A stretch of DNA of 64,000 nucleotides from IMG/VR virus record IMGVR_UViG_3300025818_000017. One strand, 5' to 3'. Below, piece after piece: positions 38,939 to 49,165 of this stretch (its first letter is position 1; each line of letters opens with the position of its first letter). The notes below the pieces were generated by a model, which did no database searches, was not told the DNA's origin, and saw nothing but the letters and a program-made list of their open reading frames with translations. The translations under genes and the position numbers were made by a program. This stretch comes from a virus.

Positions 38939-39289
38939 GTGCTGTAACTCCTTATCAGTTATAGAGTAGTCGGGGATTGCCCTCCCGTGGACTACACTTT
39001 TATTTATGCATAAACTGCAATACAGATATGTAATAATACCCTAAAGATTTCCTATGCTGCACTTGCACACTGTGCCTAAATACAGTGTATAATACAATAC
39101 AACATTTACACAAACAAGGAGAAACACGATGTTCACACGAATGAAGAACTTTTTCGTTGACGGTAAGAAGATGCGTATGGCAGAAGCGGACTTCCGCAGA
39201 TATCTACGTGCAGAATACCCACACGAATACAACGCACGTTATGGTGCATACAGCAGCACATCATTATTTTCGGTTAAAGGAATGAGATA

Positions 39290-39421
39290 GTGTTGGGGTT
39301 TTTTTCAAGCTTGTTCCGCAGAAACAAGATGACCGACTACGAGCGTTATTTGTCAAAGGCAAAAGATGTTTATGATTTGGAACGCCGTGAGAAGGCTTGG
39401 TCAAGAGGTCACAGAGTATGA
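39290..39421 (+). CDS. small DUF3563-like protein (not in ORF track)
   Basis: YERYLSKAKDVYDLERRE. Confidence 0.6.
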   Translation: MLGFFSSLFRRNKMTDYERYLSKAKDVYDLERREKAWSRGHRV

Positions 39422-39636
39422 TTAGAAAGATTTTTAATTATTTCACCAGTGAAGAGTTTGTAAATGCCCAAACAGAAGCAGCAATGCGCCGTGTAAGATA
39501 TTACTACAAACCAGTGGAGAAAAAGGGTGACAAGAGAAGAAAGTAAAGAACTAGTTGCGGCATACCATAGAATTATGTCTGCATATTGGAAAGCATATAA
39601 AACTATTTGTAATGAATGCAATGAAAGGAAAGTAAA

Positions 39637-39825
39637 ATGATGAAATTTGACGATATGATGAAAGCATGGGATGTAACACAGGTTACCGCTAATGTAGAAA
39701 CTGCACAGAAGAGTTTCTTTGACAATGCTGAAACAGTTGTGAAGACATTTTATGGCATTTCAGAAGGCAATCTAAAGATGGCTCGTGAAATGACTGAAAA
39801 ATTTACTAAATCAGTAAACAAGTAA
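39637..39825 (+). CDS. phasin-like small helical protein
   Basis: 62-aa amphipathic helix; AQKSFFDNAETVVK...AREMTEKF. Confidence 0.4.
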   Translation: MMKFDDMMKAWDVTQVTANVETAQKSFFDNAETVVKTFYGISEGNLKMAREMTEKFTKSVNK

Positions 39826-39834
39826 GGAGAGAAC

Positions 39835-40362
39835 ATGATTAATCGAAAAGTACCAAGCGTAACATTCAAGACACGAGTTCGTGATGAATCTATTGGTGGC
39901 GACAATCCATTCCGCTGGCAAGATGTAACAACTGATGATATCTTTGCTGGTAAGAAAGTGGTTGTATTCAGCCTACCGGGAGCGTTCACACCAACTTGTT
40001 CAACTTATCAACTACCAGACTTTGAGAAACTATATGGTGATTTTAAAGCGAAGGGTGTTGATGAAATCTATTGTCTATCTGTAAATGATTCATTTGTTAT
40101 GAATAAATGGGCACAGCAGGTAGTTGATGGTGGATTACAAAATGTAAAGGTTATTCCAGATGGTTCTGGTGAGTTTACTCGTAAGATGGGTATGCTTGTA
40201 GAAAAGTGTAATCTTGGCTTTGGTAATCGTTCATGGCGTTATGCTATGGTTGTAGAAGACGGTGTTATTATGCACTGGTTTGAAGAACCTGGCTTTGAAG
40301 ATAACTGCGAGACTGACCCATATGGAGAAAGTTCACCGCAGAATGTTCTAGAAAACATTTAA
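39835..40362 (+). CDS. peroxiredoxin (Prx5/PGdx type)
   Basis: FSLPGAFTPTCS, VNDSFVM, RSWRYA. Confidence 0.96.
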   Translation: MINRKVPSVTFKTRVRDESIGGDNPFRWQDVTTDDIFAGKKVVVFSLPGAFTPTCSTYQLPDFEKLYGDFKAKGVDEIYCLSVNDSFVMNKWAQQVVDGGLQNVKVIPDGSGEFTRKMGMLVEKCNLGFGNRSWRYAMVVEDGVIMHWFEEPGFEDNCETDPYGESSPQNVLENI

Positions 40363-40367
40363 AGAAA

Positions 40368-40398
40368 AAAGGCTCCTTCGGGGGTCTTTTTTTTATTG
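40368..40398 (+). terminator. intrinsic terminator, near-identical to 41570-41598
   Basis: AAAGGCTCC-TTCG-GGGGTCTTTTTTTT. Confidence 0.85.
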
Positions 40399-40483
40399 AC
40401 ATTACTTATTATCTCTTGATATAATAATATCACGATCAGCGATAGTTGGTCTATTGACCATAATAGATACATGGAGGTATGCA

Positions 40484-41563
40484 ATGAGTCAAAAAACAAA
40501 AGAGTCTCCCGCAGAGAGCAATGTAGCTGAAACGGGAAAAAAGAAGCCAACAGTAAAGAAAGTTTTAGTTGGCGATCAAGCACCAAAGGTTGAAAACCCT
40601 TATGAGTTAATGGTGGGTAGTCTAGATAAACACCGTAAGGAACTTAAAGCCGATGGATACGGTGTGATCAACGCCGATGCGAAAATCACACATATGATGA
40701 TTCCATTGAAGGATATTGAACCGTTGGAAACTCAGCGAGAGGTTAAACTTTCGTGGGCTAGGAAGCGCATCGAAGAGGAAGGTGGGCTTGATAAGGTTGC
40801 ATTTGGCACACCTAAGATTGCTCGTTTTGAAAACGACGAGTGGAAAGCTAATCTATGCTGGGATGGTCTAGGCCGTCTAGCAATGGCGTGGCTTATCCAC
40901 GATCCAGACACACTTATCCAGTGTGAGGTTTTTCATGATATGACGGTTGAAGATGCCGCCAGAATGTTCCATCTAACACAGGCTACAGGTGCGCGAAAAC
41001 TAAGTAAAGAAACTATCTTTGTCAATGCTTTCCGCGCCGGTGAAAAAGAAGCACTACGTCTTGCCAGCCTTCTAGATTTTCTAGATATGTATATCCAGGG
41101 TGAAACCCATCACCCTGTTCCGCACAAGAAAGTCGGTAATCCTGAGATTAGTCGGGCAGCACTTGAAGGCGGTGAGAAAATCACTGACCATTCTATGGGA
41201 ATCCAGCGTTTAGCTCGTGATATGATTTGCGAAGCATTCAAGTCACATATGCAGCCAAATGGTAAAATCACACAAGATTTATACTATGCTATTTGTAAGC
41301 TACTAGTAACGTATCCAGCCTTGCGTAAGGGTGCCCCCTATAAATCATTCATGGCTTGGCTCACTAGGATGGGTGCTGATGGTATGTATACACAGGAAAA
41401 CTTTAACAAGTTGTGGAAGGTTAATATCAAAGGTGCTTCTGGGAGTAGCGATAACGATTATGTTGCTCCACGTGCCCTTGAGCTTCTAAAACTATTTTAC
41501 ACTACTGGCGCTGAAAAGCACATCAAAGATAAGCTTCCATTGAAACATCTAGATGTTAGCTAA
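40484..41563 (+). CDS. ParB/Srx-like N-terminal domain protein
   Basis: LCWDGLGRL (DGxxR) motif, EDAARMF. Confidence 0.5.
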   Translation: MSQKTKESPAESNVAETGKKKPTVKKVLVGDQAPKVENPYELMVGSLDKHRKELKADGYGVINADAKITHMMIPLKDIEPLETQREVKLSWARKRIEEEGGLDKVAFGTPKIARFENDEWKANLCWDGLGRLAMAWLIHDPDTLIQCEVFHDMTVEDAARMFHLTQATGARKLSKETIFVNAFRAGEKEALRLASLLDFLDMYIQGETHHPVPHKKVGNPEISRAALEGGEKITDHSMGIQRLARDMICEAFKSHMQPNGKITQDLYYAICKLLVTYPALRKGAPYKSFMAWLTRMGADGMYTQENFNKLWKVNIKGASGSSDNDYVAPRALELLKLFYTTGAEKHIKDKLPLKHLDVS

Positions 41564-41569
41564 ACATAG

Positions 41570-41598
41570 AAAGGCTCCTTCGGGAGCCTTTTTTATTG
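41570..41598 (+). terminator. intrinsic terminator
   Basis: AAAGGCTCC-TTCG-GGAGCCTTTTTT. Confidence 0.9.
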
Positions 41599-41846
41599 TA
41601 ATAAAAAATTCACACGAATCATAGTGAAATTCCAGAAATCTTCGTGTTATAATATGTAAATAACCGTGCGAGGACGAGGGACAGTATGCACCGTCTACTA
41701 TTCGGGCTGTATATAATGACATTGCAAACTGGCACGGAAATGTAAATACAATTGAAGTTATATTCATGAATACTAAGTGACAACAAAGGGGCTTCGGCCC
41801 CTTTTTTCTTGTTGACATTCTTTGTCAATATGCTATAATAACAACC

Positions 41847-42899
41847 ATGACATATTTTGACCAAACCATACATCGTGTCGGCTTTGCGTGTAAGTATATG
41901 CACCCTGACCGCACACTATCCAAAAAGCTACTTGAAGATATCGAGCGTCCTATCAACGGGCGCACAACCACCGTCAAGTGGCTTAGTTCGCAACCCAAGC
42001 GACGAGCAGAAGAACGACTCTGGGAACTAACCAAGTCCAACATCAACTCTGTTCGCCTACTAATCAAGTATGTTGCGACACTCCCCCCAAACCAACGTAT
42101 GGTGCGTATCGGCAGCGAAGTGATGCCTGTGTACACACACCCCGATTGGTCATACTTCTATCAACAACCTGACGTAAAAACATACTGTGAACGCACACTC
42201 GCCGCTATCGGTGACCTTGCGCGTGAACACGATGTGCGTGTATCCATGCACCCCGGTCAGTTTTGTGTGCTTGCGTCAGACAATCCAGACACCGTGAATA
42301 ACTCTATTGACGAGTTTGAGTATCATATTGATATTGCTCGTATGATGGGTTACGGTCAAAAGTTTATGGATATGAAAGTAAATGTCCATATCGGTGGTCG
42401 CGGTGGTCCTGACGGTATTCGTGCTGTCCTACCGCGTTTGTCTACCGAAGCCCGTAACTGTCTAACGATTGAGAACGATGAAATGTCGTGGGGTCTTGAC
42501 GCATCGCTTGAACTTGCTAATGATGTTGCGCTTGTCCTTGACATTCACCATCACCTAATCCGTGACGAAGAATATATCCAAGCCAACGATGACCGCTTCA
42601 AGCGTGTGATTGATAGTTGGCGTGGTGTTCGTCCTACCATTCACTATTCTGTATCGCGTGAAGATTTGCTTGTCGGTCACGATCCAAATGTCCTACCTGA
42701 CATGAAACAGTTACTGGAAAGTGGCTACAAGAAAGCTAAACTTCGCGCACATAGTGATATGATGTGGAATCACGCATCAAACGATTGGGCCTTGACATTC
42801 CTTCCATATTCTGACATAATGGTGGAGTCAAAGTTCAAGAACCTTGCGTCAACTAAACTGGTGGAACATTATGAACGACAAATCAAAGCCGCAGTCTGA
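41847..42899 (+). CDS. uvsE: UV damage endonuclease UvsE
   Basis: GFACK, SMHPGQF, HIGG, IENDE, LDIHHH. Confidence 0.95.
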   Translation: MTYFDQTIHRVGFACKYMHPDRTLSKKLLEDIERPINGRTTTVKWLSSQPKRRAEERLWELTKSNINSVRLLIKYVATLPPNQRMVRIGSEVMPVYTHPDWSYFYQQPDVKTYCERTLAAIGDLAREHDVRVSMHPGQFCVLASDNPDTVNNSIDEFEYHIDIARMMGYGQKFMDMKVNVHIGGRGGPDGIRAVLPRLSTEARNCLTIENDEMSWGLDASLELANDVALVLDIHHHLIRDEEYIQANDDRFKRVIDSWRGVRPTIHYSVSREDLLVGHDPNVLPDMKQLLESGYKKAKLRAHSDMMWNHASNDWALTFLPYSDIMVESKFKNLASTKLVEHYERQIKAAV

Positions 42900-42919
42900 T
42901 AATCCCTTAGAAGGTTAAA

Positions 42920-43132
42920 ATGAGATATAGAATAACAACAACATTACGCCAAGGCATCAGAGATAACGCTGGTGTGTCGGTTACAGACTCATTACAGCGG
43001 CTTGGTTTCCCGATGGTAAAAGATGTTCGTATCGGTAAAACCTTTTACATTGAAACTGATGATGATATCAATGAGATTGCCAAAAAGATTGTCAATCCTG
43101 TGATGGAAGATTTCACCATTGAAGAAGTGTGA
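42920..43132 (+). CDS. purS: phosphoribosylformylglycinamidine synthase subunit PurS
   Basis: LRQGIRD..G..V..SL..LGF..V.DVRIGK...NPVMEDF. Confidence 0.9.
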   Translation: MRYRITTTLRQGIRDNAGVSVTDSLQRLGFPMVKDVRIGKTFYIETDDDINEIAKKIVNPVMEDFTIEEV

Positions 43133-43274
43133 TAGATGTGGTCGCGAAGTAGTCAAAGAAGTGCCAGAACGGGCTGGAACTGGACAATGCGGTGGTTGCC
43201 ACAAGACCATTTATGGACTGTGGGACGAAGATTGCCGCCAAGTTATTTTGGAAAAAGATTTCAAAAACACTTGA
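43119..43274 (+). CDS. 51-aa zinc-ribbon protein (a different frame from the ORF-track call at 43136)
   Basis: KKCDRCG...QCGGCHK. Confidence 0.5.
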   Translation: MKKCDRCGREVVKEVPERAGTGQCGGCHKTIYGLWDEDCRQVILEKDFKNT

Positions 43275-43319
43275 CAATCTCTGAGGTCGTGGTATACTAT
43301 ATAAAGAATGGAGAATATA

Positions 43320-44072
43320 ATGCGTATTCGTTACTGCTCAGATTTACATTTAGAGTTTTCAGGTTTGACTATGGATTTCCCATATAATGGGGAAGATGTG
43401 CTTGTTCTGCCTGGCGATGTTACCGTCCGAAACTATGATGATTGGATCAAAGAACAGGCTGATGTTTTTCCTAATGTTGTAGTTATTCACGGCAATCACG
43501 AATACTATGGACGGCGCATTGATAAGGTTGATCGCATTGCTCGTGAGAACTATTCGAAATACCAAAACCTTCATTTTCTGCAAAACGAGAGTGTTACGCT
43601 GGATGGTGTTACTTTCCACGGCACTACACTCTGGACAGATATGAACAAAGGTTGTCCAATGACGGTCAGTGTGGTTGGTTCCATTATGAAAGATTATCGC
43701 CAGATCAGTTATCATAATCCAAATGGTTCGTATCATAAGTTTGGTCCCAAAGATGCAATGCGTGAGCATATGGTTGCCAAGCAATATTTGTTGGATAATG
43801 TGAAAGAAGGCGATGTTGTCGTTACTCATATGGCACCGACATTCCTTTCCATCCACGAAATGTATAAGCATGACCCTTATATGAATGGTGGTTATGCGAG
43901 TGACTTGTCTGAGTTAATACTGGATACCAAGCCATCACTATTTTTTCATGGGCATGTTCATAATACCTTTGACTATATGGTTGGTGACACCCGTGTTCTT
44001 TGTAATCCGAGAGGATATAGTGGCGTTGAGGAAAATCCAGATTTTGACCTTTACGCAACAGTGGAGATTTAG
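43320..44072 (+). CDS. calcineurin-like metallophosphoesterase
   Basis: SDLHLE, GD, GNHEY, VTH, HGHVH. Confidence 0.93.
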   Translation: MRIRYCSDLHLEFSGLTMDFPYNGEDVLVLPGDVTVRNYDDWIKEQADVFPNVVVIHGNHEYYGRRIDKVDRIARENYSKYQNLHFLQNESVTLDGVTFHGTTLWTDMNKGCPMTVSVVGSIMKDYRQISYHNPNGSYHKFGPKDAMREHMVAKQYLLDNVKEGDVVVTHMAPTFLSIHEMYKHDPYMNGGYASDLSELILDTKPSLFFHGHVHNTFDYMVGDTRVLCNPRGYSGVEENPDFDLYATVEI

Positions 44073-45662
44073 AAATGCTTAAAATAGCTTGCGTAGCTGG
44101 ACTGTTGATCTTCAATACGACAGCGTTCAATCCAGATAACATCAATTCAATCAACGCTAAAAGTGATAATGTTATTGTACGAACATCACAGAAACACTCT
44201 TATTTTTTCGATGCGGATAGCAAAAAAGAAGCCAAAGAAGCCTGGGAATATTCCTTGGAAGCGTGGCGTGAATGCAAAAAGGAATGGAACAAATGATCAA
44301 GGATGATTGGCGCACTGTTCCAGAAGCCTTGGAACTACTTGGCGAAGGATGGTATCATTCAGATGAAGGCCCATCCAAGGCAGGGCACATCTACAGTAAA
44401 GATGGTTGTTCCCGCATTCGTGTTTATGATGGAACCGAACATCCATTAGCACAAAAGAATATGGTAATCGTCAATACCAAGCCTTTTCAGGATAGAGTGA
44501 AATGAACGGTGAACTTACCAAGCATCTAACCAAGAAACCTTTCTATTCCGTAGATTACTTCTTTATGGATGATGTTTATATTGATGCTCCTATTATAGAA
44601 GAAGATGTAAAAGAAATCTTCAAATACACGGATTCTATGATGATTGAAACCTATCAAGAAGAACGCAATATTGAAACGATGGAAGATTTCAATAGGTTTG
44701 TATCGGTGTTGAAGTATGATTGTCCATCAAGTAGTATGGTTGTGGATACCATTCGTTTCTGTTTGGATGAAACAAAACAGACTTGGTTTGATCTTTCTAA
44801 TAAATGTCGTGTAACCAAACAGGAGTTAGTATCGTGAAAAAATTAATGTTGGTCTTAGTAGCTGGTATTGCATTGTCTGGATGCAGTAAAGAGTTCGTTG
44901 AGAACTACCGCTATATCAAAGAAATGGAAAACCGCCCACGTTCTTGGTCTGCTATTGGTCAATCACCAGAACGGGCACAGGATTTCCATATGTGGAAACT
45001 TCGTCAGCGGTGTAAAATCAACTATTCCTTTGAGTGCTTGGAAATGGACATTCACGGTGACCGTAGGAACCGTTATAAATGAAGAAAAACCATTACGCTT
45101 CTGGCTATGACCCGAAGAAAACTTCGGCTAAACACGAATATCCATCATCAAGGTATTCAGTGCCACAGCCATATGTCCCAAGCCGAAACTACGACTTGAT
45201 AGTAGATGATTACTATGAATCTCAGGATATCTTGAAGTTTTGCAAAGAAAACAAAATGAAGGTAATCAACTGGGAAGCATGCACATTTATTGAAGATCGG
45301 GGCGGCGATGGGGATTATGGCAGTTTATACCATTTGAAACCCAAGATGGTCATTCAGTTGGCGAGGGGTAAAGATTATACCTTTCTTGCCCTAAAATATG
45401 GCTTGACAGACTAACCTAAAATACTGTATAATAATCGTATCAACCACTCTAACATATGGAGAAATAAAATGAGTGAAGTGACTTTTGAACAAGAACTAGA
45501 TTTTGCTGCTGGTGAAGCTGTTTTCGGCATGCAGTTGAATCGCAAGGATGCTGTAAAGTTTGTTCTCAACAATGTGAGCAAACGATATGTTATTAGTCGT
45601 GAGCAAGCCGAGAAGGCGGTTGAGGAAGTAATGACGGAATATAAGATTTCATTGGGGCAATA

Positions 45663-46229
45663 ATGGATTTCCAAAAGATTGAGGATATTGTAGTCCCTAC
45701 GGAACAGGCATATGCGCCTTACGTTATCCGTCCAAATATGAGAAACGGACCTTGGATTGCTGGTGGTGCTGTGCGCCACTGGCTACAAGGCGAGTTAGTG
45801 AATAGTGATGTTGATGTGTATGTTAGGTCCGAGGAACAACAGCGTGACCTAAATGCCCGTCTACATAATGCGGGATATGTGCAGCACTATGCCACAAAGA
45901 ACGCCATTACATATAAGGGCAACTTCAATATTGAAACTGTGGTGGATATCCAAGTCATCATCAAAGACTTTCATAAGTCTGCCGAAGATGTGCTGAATAC
46001 ATTTGACTTTGCTCAATCACAGTTGATTACTGATGGCTATGAAGTTCACGGTAATCCACTTTGGAATAATGATGAACTTATTGTTGATGGCTATAAATCG
46101 GAAAGTGTTCTAAAACGTTTCGTCAAGTATTATGTGTACGGTTACAAGGTAAAGCCAGGAACACTAACGGAATGGTCCAAAGACAAGAAGTTGAACTATA
46201 ACTTTATGAATGATGGTAGTGGATACTAA
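45663..46229 (+). CDS. short class II nucleotidyltransferase (catalytic head only)
   Basis: IAGGAVR...DVDVY...FDF. Confidence 0.75.
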   Translation: MDFQKIEDIVVPTEQAYAPYVIRPNMRNGPWIAGGAVRHWLQGELVNSDVDVYVRSEEQQRDLNARLHNAGYVQHYATKNAITYKGNFNIETVVDIQVIIKDFHKSAEDVLNTFDFAQSQLITDGYEVHGNPLWNNDELIVDGYKSESVLKRFVKYYVYGYKVKPGTLTEWSKDKKLNYNFMNDGSGY

Positions 46230-46834
46230 TGACGCATACAATATTTGATGAACGTGTTCGGCGAATGGTTGAAATGACCGATAAAGAATACGGTGACTAT
46301 AAACGCTCAAAGTTTGTCCCTATTGACCCCATCTGGACCAAGACCATGACTTGGGTTGGCTTGACCAGTGAACCCGTGATTACCAAGTTGAATGTACAGG
46401 GTAATGAACATTACTATGTGATTACAAAAACACGAGCATTTACCCATAGGTTATTCACGGCGTTGGTTGCTGACTATTGTTGGTATGTTCGTCCTACGCC
46501 GACGATGAAGGAAGAACTTTATCAAGATGCTCTAAACCATCATTTGGTTGCCAAGATTGACGAACCAATGGAAGGAAATGTTACTGCTGATTATACGGCA
46601 GATCGTTGGTTCAATCGTTGTAAGAAAGAGTTTATCTATAACTGTAAAGAATGGATTGATGGATATAACTTTGATACAGAGAACGATAAGATTTTGATGT
46701 TCTTGGATATTTCCAATGTGAAGTTTACAGAGACATCAAAGTTTGTTCGTACTGACGATTACAGGAATAGAGGCTCTAAGATTTTCTATTCTAAACTACT
46801 GGAAGCGGCAAAGGTAGAGGAAATCCCATTCTAA
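46229..46834 (+). CDS. hypothetical protein
   Basis: coupled ORF. Confidence 0.55.
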   Translation: MTHTIFDERVRRMVEMTDKEYGDYKRSKFVPIDPIWTKTMTWVGLTSEPVITKLNVQGNEHYYVITKTRAFTHRLFTALVADYCWYVRPTPTMKEELYQDALNHHLVAKIDEPMEGNVTADYTADRWFNRCKKEFIYNCKEWIDGYNFDTENDKILMFLDISNVKFTETSKFVRTDDYRNRGSKIFYSKLLEAAKVEEIPF

Positions 46835-47116
46835 TGACCCAAGTTTCACTGCCTGATAATATAAAGCAGTTTCAGTGGTGTAAGAAACGATTAGTTGGAA
46901 CTATAAGATTTGGTGAAGAGGGAATGAGTTTGGAAGACTATTATGAAAAGAAAACCTCTGAGTTTTCCGCATTACACAGTATTTGCCCTTACGGTATAGA
47001 GATTGGTAGAGACTGGAAAATGCCTAATGAAAAGGATACCAAAGGGTTCTGGTTTATCAGAGATAATTATCTTGGATTTCAACTGGAAGCCGACAGAACT
47101 TGGTATATGATGAAAA

Positions 47117-47980
47117 ATGGAAAAGCATAGACTTCAATATCTGGATTTGGTAATTCAGTATTCTTGCAATTTATCTTGCAGCGGCTGTATATCTCTATCT
47201 AACTATAACCGAAAAGGAACAGTGTCATACAATGATGGTGAGCAGTGGCTTAAAGAATGGTCCAAGCTTATAGACTGTGACATTATTTGTTTGTTCGGCG
47301 GTGAACCCCTTCTGAATAAAGACTTTGGGAAATGGGTGCGTGGTGTAAGAGAGTATTTTCCATCTTCGCGTATAAAAATTATTACTAACATATTCTATCT
47401 GCGCGAGGACCATGTTGATTTGTTGGTCGAGGTTGGAAACTCAACACTTCAATGTTCATATCATTATCGTGGGAACGACACATATGATATGTTAAAGGGT
47501 ATCGTAACAAAATGCATATCTAAGTACAAGTGGAAACCAATACCCAATGATGAAATTAGTTTACTTACTTTACAACATAAAGATGTGGTTGTGAAAAACA
47601 CGGTGTTTGGTGAATTTAAAACACCAATGAAGGCGGTGGATGGGAAGATTTATCCTTGGGATAGCAAGGATTTGCAGAAGAGCATCAGTATATGCGGTAA
47701 CCCACGCAACCCCGTTCTTTTCAAGAATAGGTTGTTCAAATGTAGTCCGATAGCAAACTTAGAAGATACACTAAGTGCATTAGGTCAATCCGAAGAAGAT
47801 GATTGGCAACCTTTCTTAGATTATAAGGGGTATGGTTTGAATGATGATATCGCGGAGTTTGCCGATGATGTAGGTAATCCTAATAAAATATGTAGTATGT
47901 GCAGCGATGACCCAAATAAAATACAGAACGTCGATCATTATGCTGACGGTCAGGTAAGGAGCAGAAAGAAATGCTTGTAA
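47117..47980 (+). CDS. radical SAM protein (paralog of 37517)
   Basis: CNLSCSGC, FGGEPLL. Confidence 0.9.
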   Translation: MEKHRLQYLDLVIQYSCNLSCSGCISLSNYNRKGTVSYNDGEQWLKEWSKLIDCDIICLFGGEPLLNKDFGKWVRGVREYFPSSRIKIITNIFYLREDHVDLLVEVGNSTLQCSYHYRGNDTYDMLKGIVTKCISKYKWKPIPNDEISLLTLQHKDVVVKNTVFGEFKTPMKAVDGKIYPWDSKDLQKSISICGNPRNPVLFKNRLFKCSPIANLEDTLSALGQSEEDDWQPFLDYKGYGLNDDIAEFADDVGNPNKICSMCSDDPNKIQNVDHYADGQVRSRKKCL

Positions 47981-48753
47981 CTGGTGGGTGCGGTATGTCT
48001 CAAGAGAGTTTTGAACTATGGAGAACTTGGCCTTCATTCTGCAATATGACACACCATTGTGATCACAGTAACGTTGGTGTCCCTGCTGGCGGCAACAAAC
48101 TAATAGGAAGAACATTACTGCATAAAATATATAGCGAAGATGTAGATGTATGTATCGTAACATGGACTTCAATAGGTAAGGAAGACTTCTATATTGAGAA
48201 GGCAGATATTGCCGATGAAATAAGAACATATAACCTACGCAATTTCTTAGTTGATATCCGAGGTAACGTTGTATCCGGTGAAGGGTTTTGGCCTAGTTCT
48301 GTATCAGACGACAACCGTATCAAAGAATGGTATACTAGAAATCTAGCGTCCAAGTTCAATAGTTATTATGAGCTTCTTGAGAGTATATTGTTCGTTCAAT
48401 CTGTAGTAAAGGAAAAAGGCATATCGTTATATATGTTCTTTAGTTATGTCATAGATTTCGAGTACATCATTGCGACGAAAGAGTTGTCTACGTTATGGGA
48501 ACAAGTTGATAAAAAGAGTTTTGTCACTGACCAGTTTCTTGCTAACCAGTACCAAGATTCTAAATGGAAACATTTTCAGAAAGCAAACGACTATGGGCTT
48601 GTCCCTGTCATTGGATGGCAATGGGATTTTTACGAGCAGTATATTATTCCTATACTAGATAATCACTACGATAGAAAAAATGTGAATTTGGATAAGTTAC
48701 GCGATGGTTGCTATGCATTATGCGAGAAGAACTATACGGAAGGTATATCGTGA
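47971..48753 (+). CDS. SGNH-like protein
   Basis: GGCG.S, GGN, VTWT. Confidence 0.5.
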   Translation: MLVTGGCGMSQESFELWRTWPSFCNMTHHCDHSNVGVPAGGNKLIGRTLLHKIYSEDVDVCIVTWTSIGKEDFYIEKADIADEIRTYNLRNFLVDIRGNVVSGEGFWPSSVSDDNRIKEWYTRNLASKFNSYYELLESILFVQSVVKEKGISLYMFFSYVIDFEYIIATKELSTLWEQVDKKSFVTDQFLANQYQDSKWKHFQKANDYGLVPVIGWQWDFYEQYIIPILDNHYDRKNVNLDKLRDGCYALCEKNYTEGIS

Positions 48754-49165
48754 ACTTCGAAGTACATATATCAAAGTTGAAGAGTACTTCCGATCCGTCC
48801 ATATCTATTCATATGGGGGAGTTCGATGAAGAGTATGTAATAATGGATACTGAGCAAGTGATAAGATTTAATAGTGAGCCGGCTACAATGTATATCACAC
48901 GCAGAGACACTAAGTTGTACCAATCAAGATGGAATTATTTGGAAAATAAGATCACGGTGGAGCGTTTGGTAATAGATGATTTCTGGTGCTTCGATAAAGA
49001 CTATTATCTTCCGCAAGCTATTCCTGATCAGGAATACCTGGATCACATAAAGCACATCGAAGGTAGTGAATGGATAGACGCCGCACTAAAGAGTACCACG
49101 GACTTATTTTTTAATGGGAGTCTGATGTACAATATAAAACGGCCTATTAGGAGCATGTTTTACTA

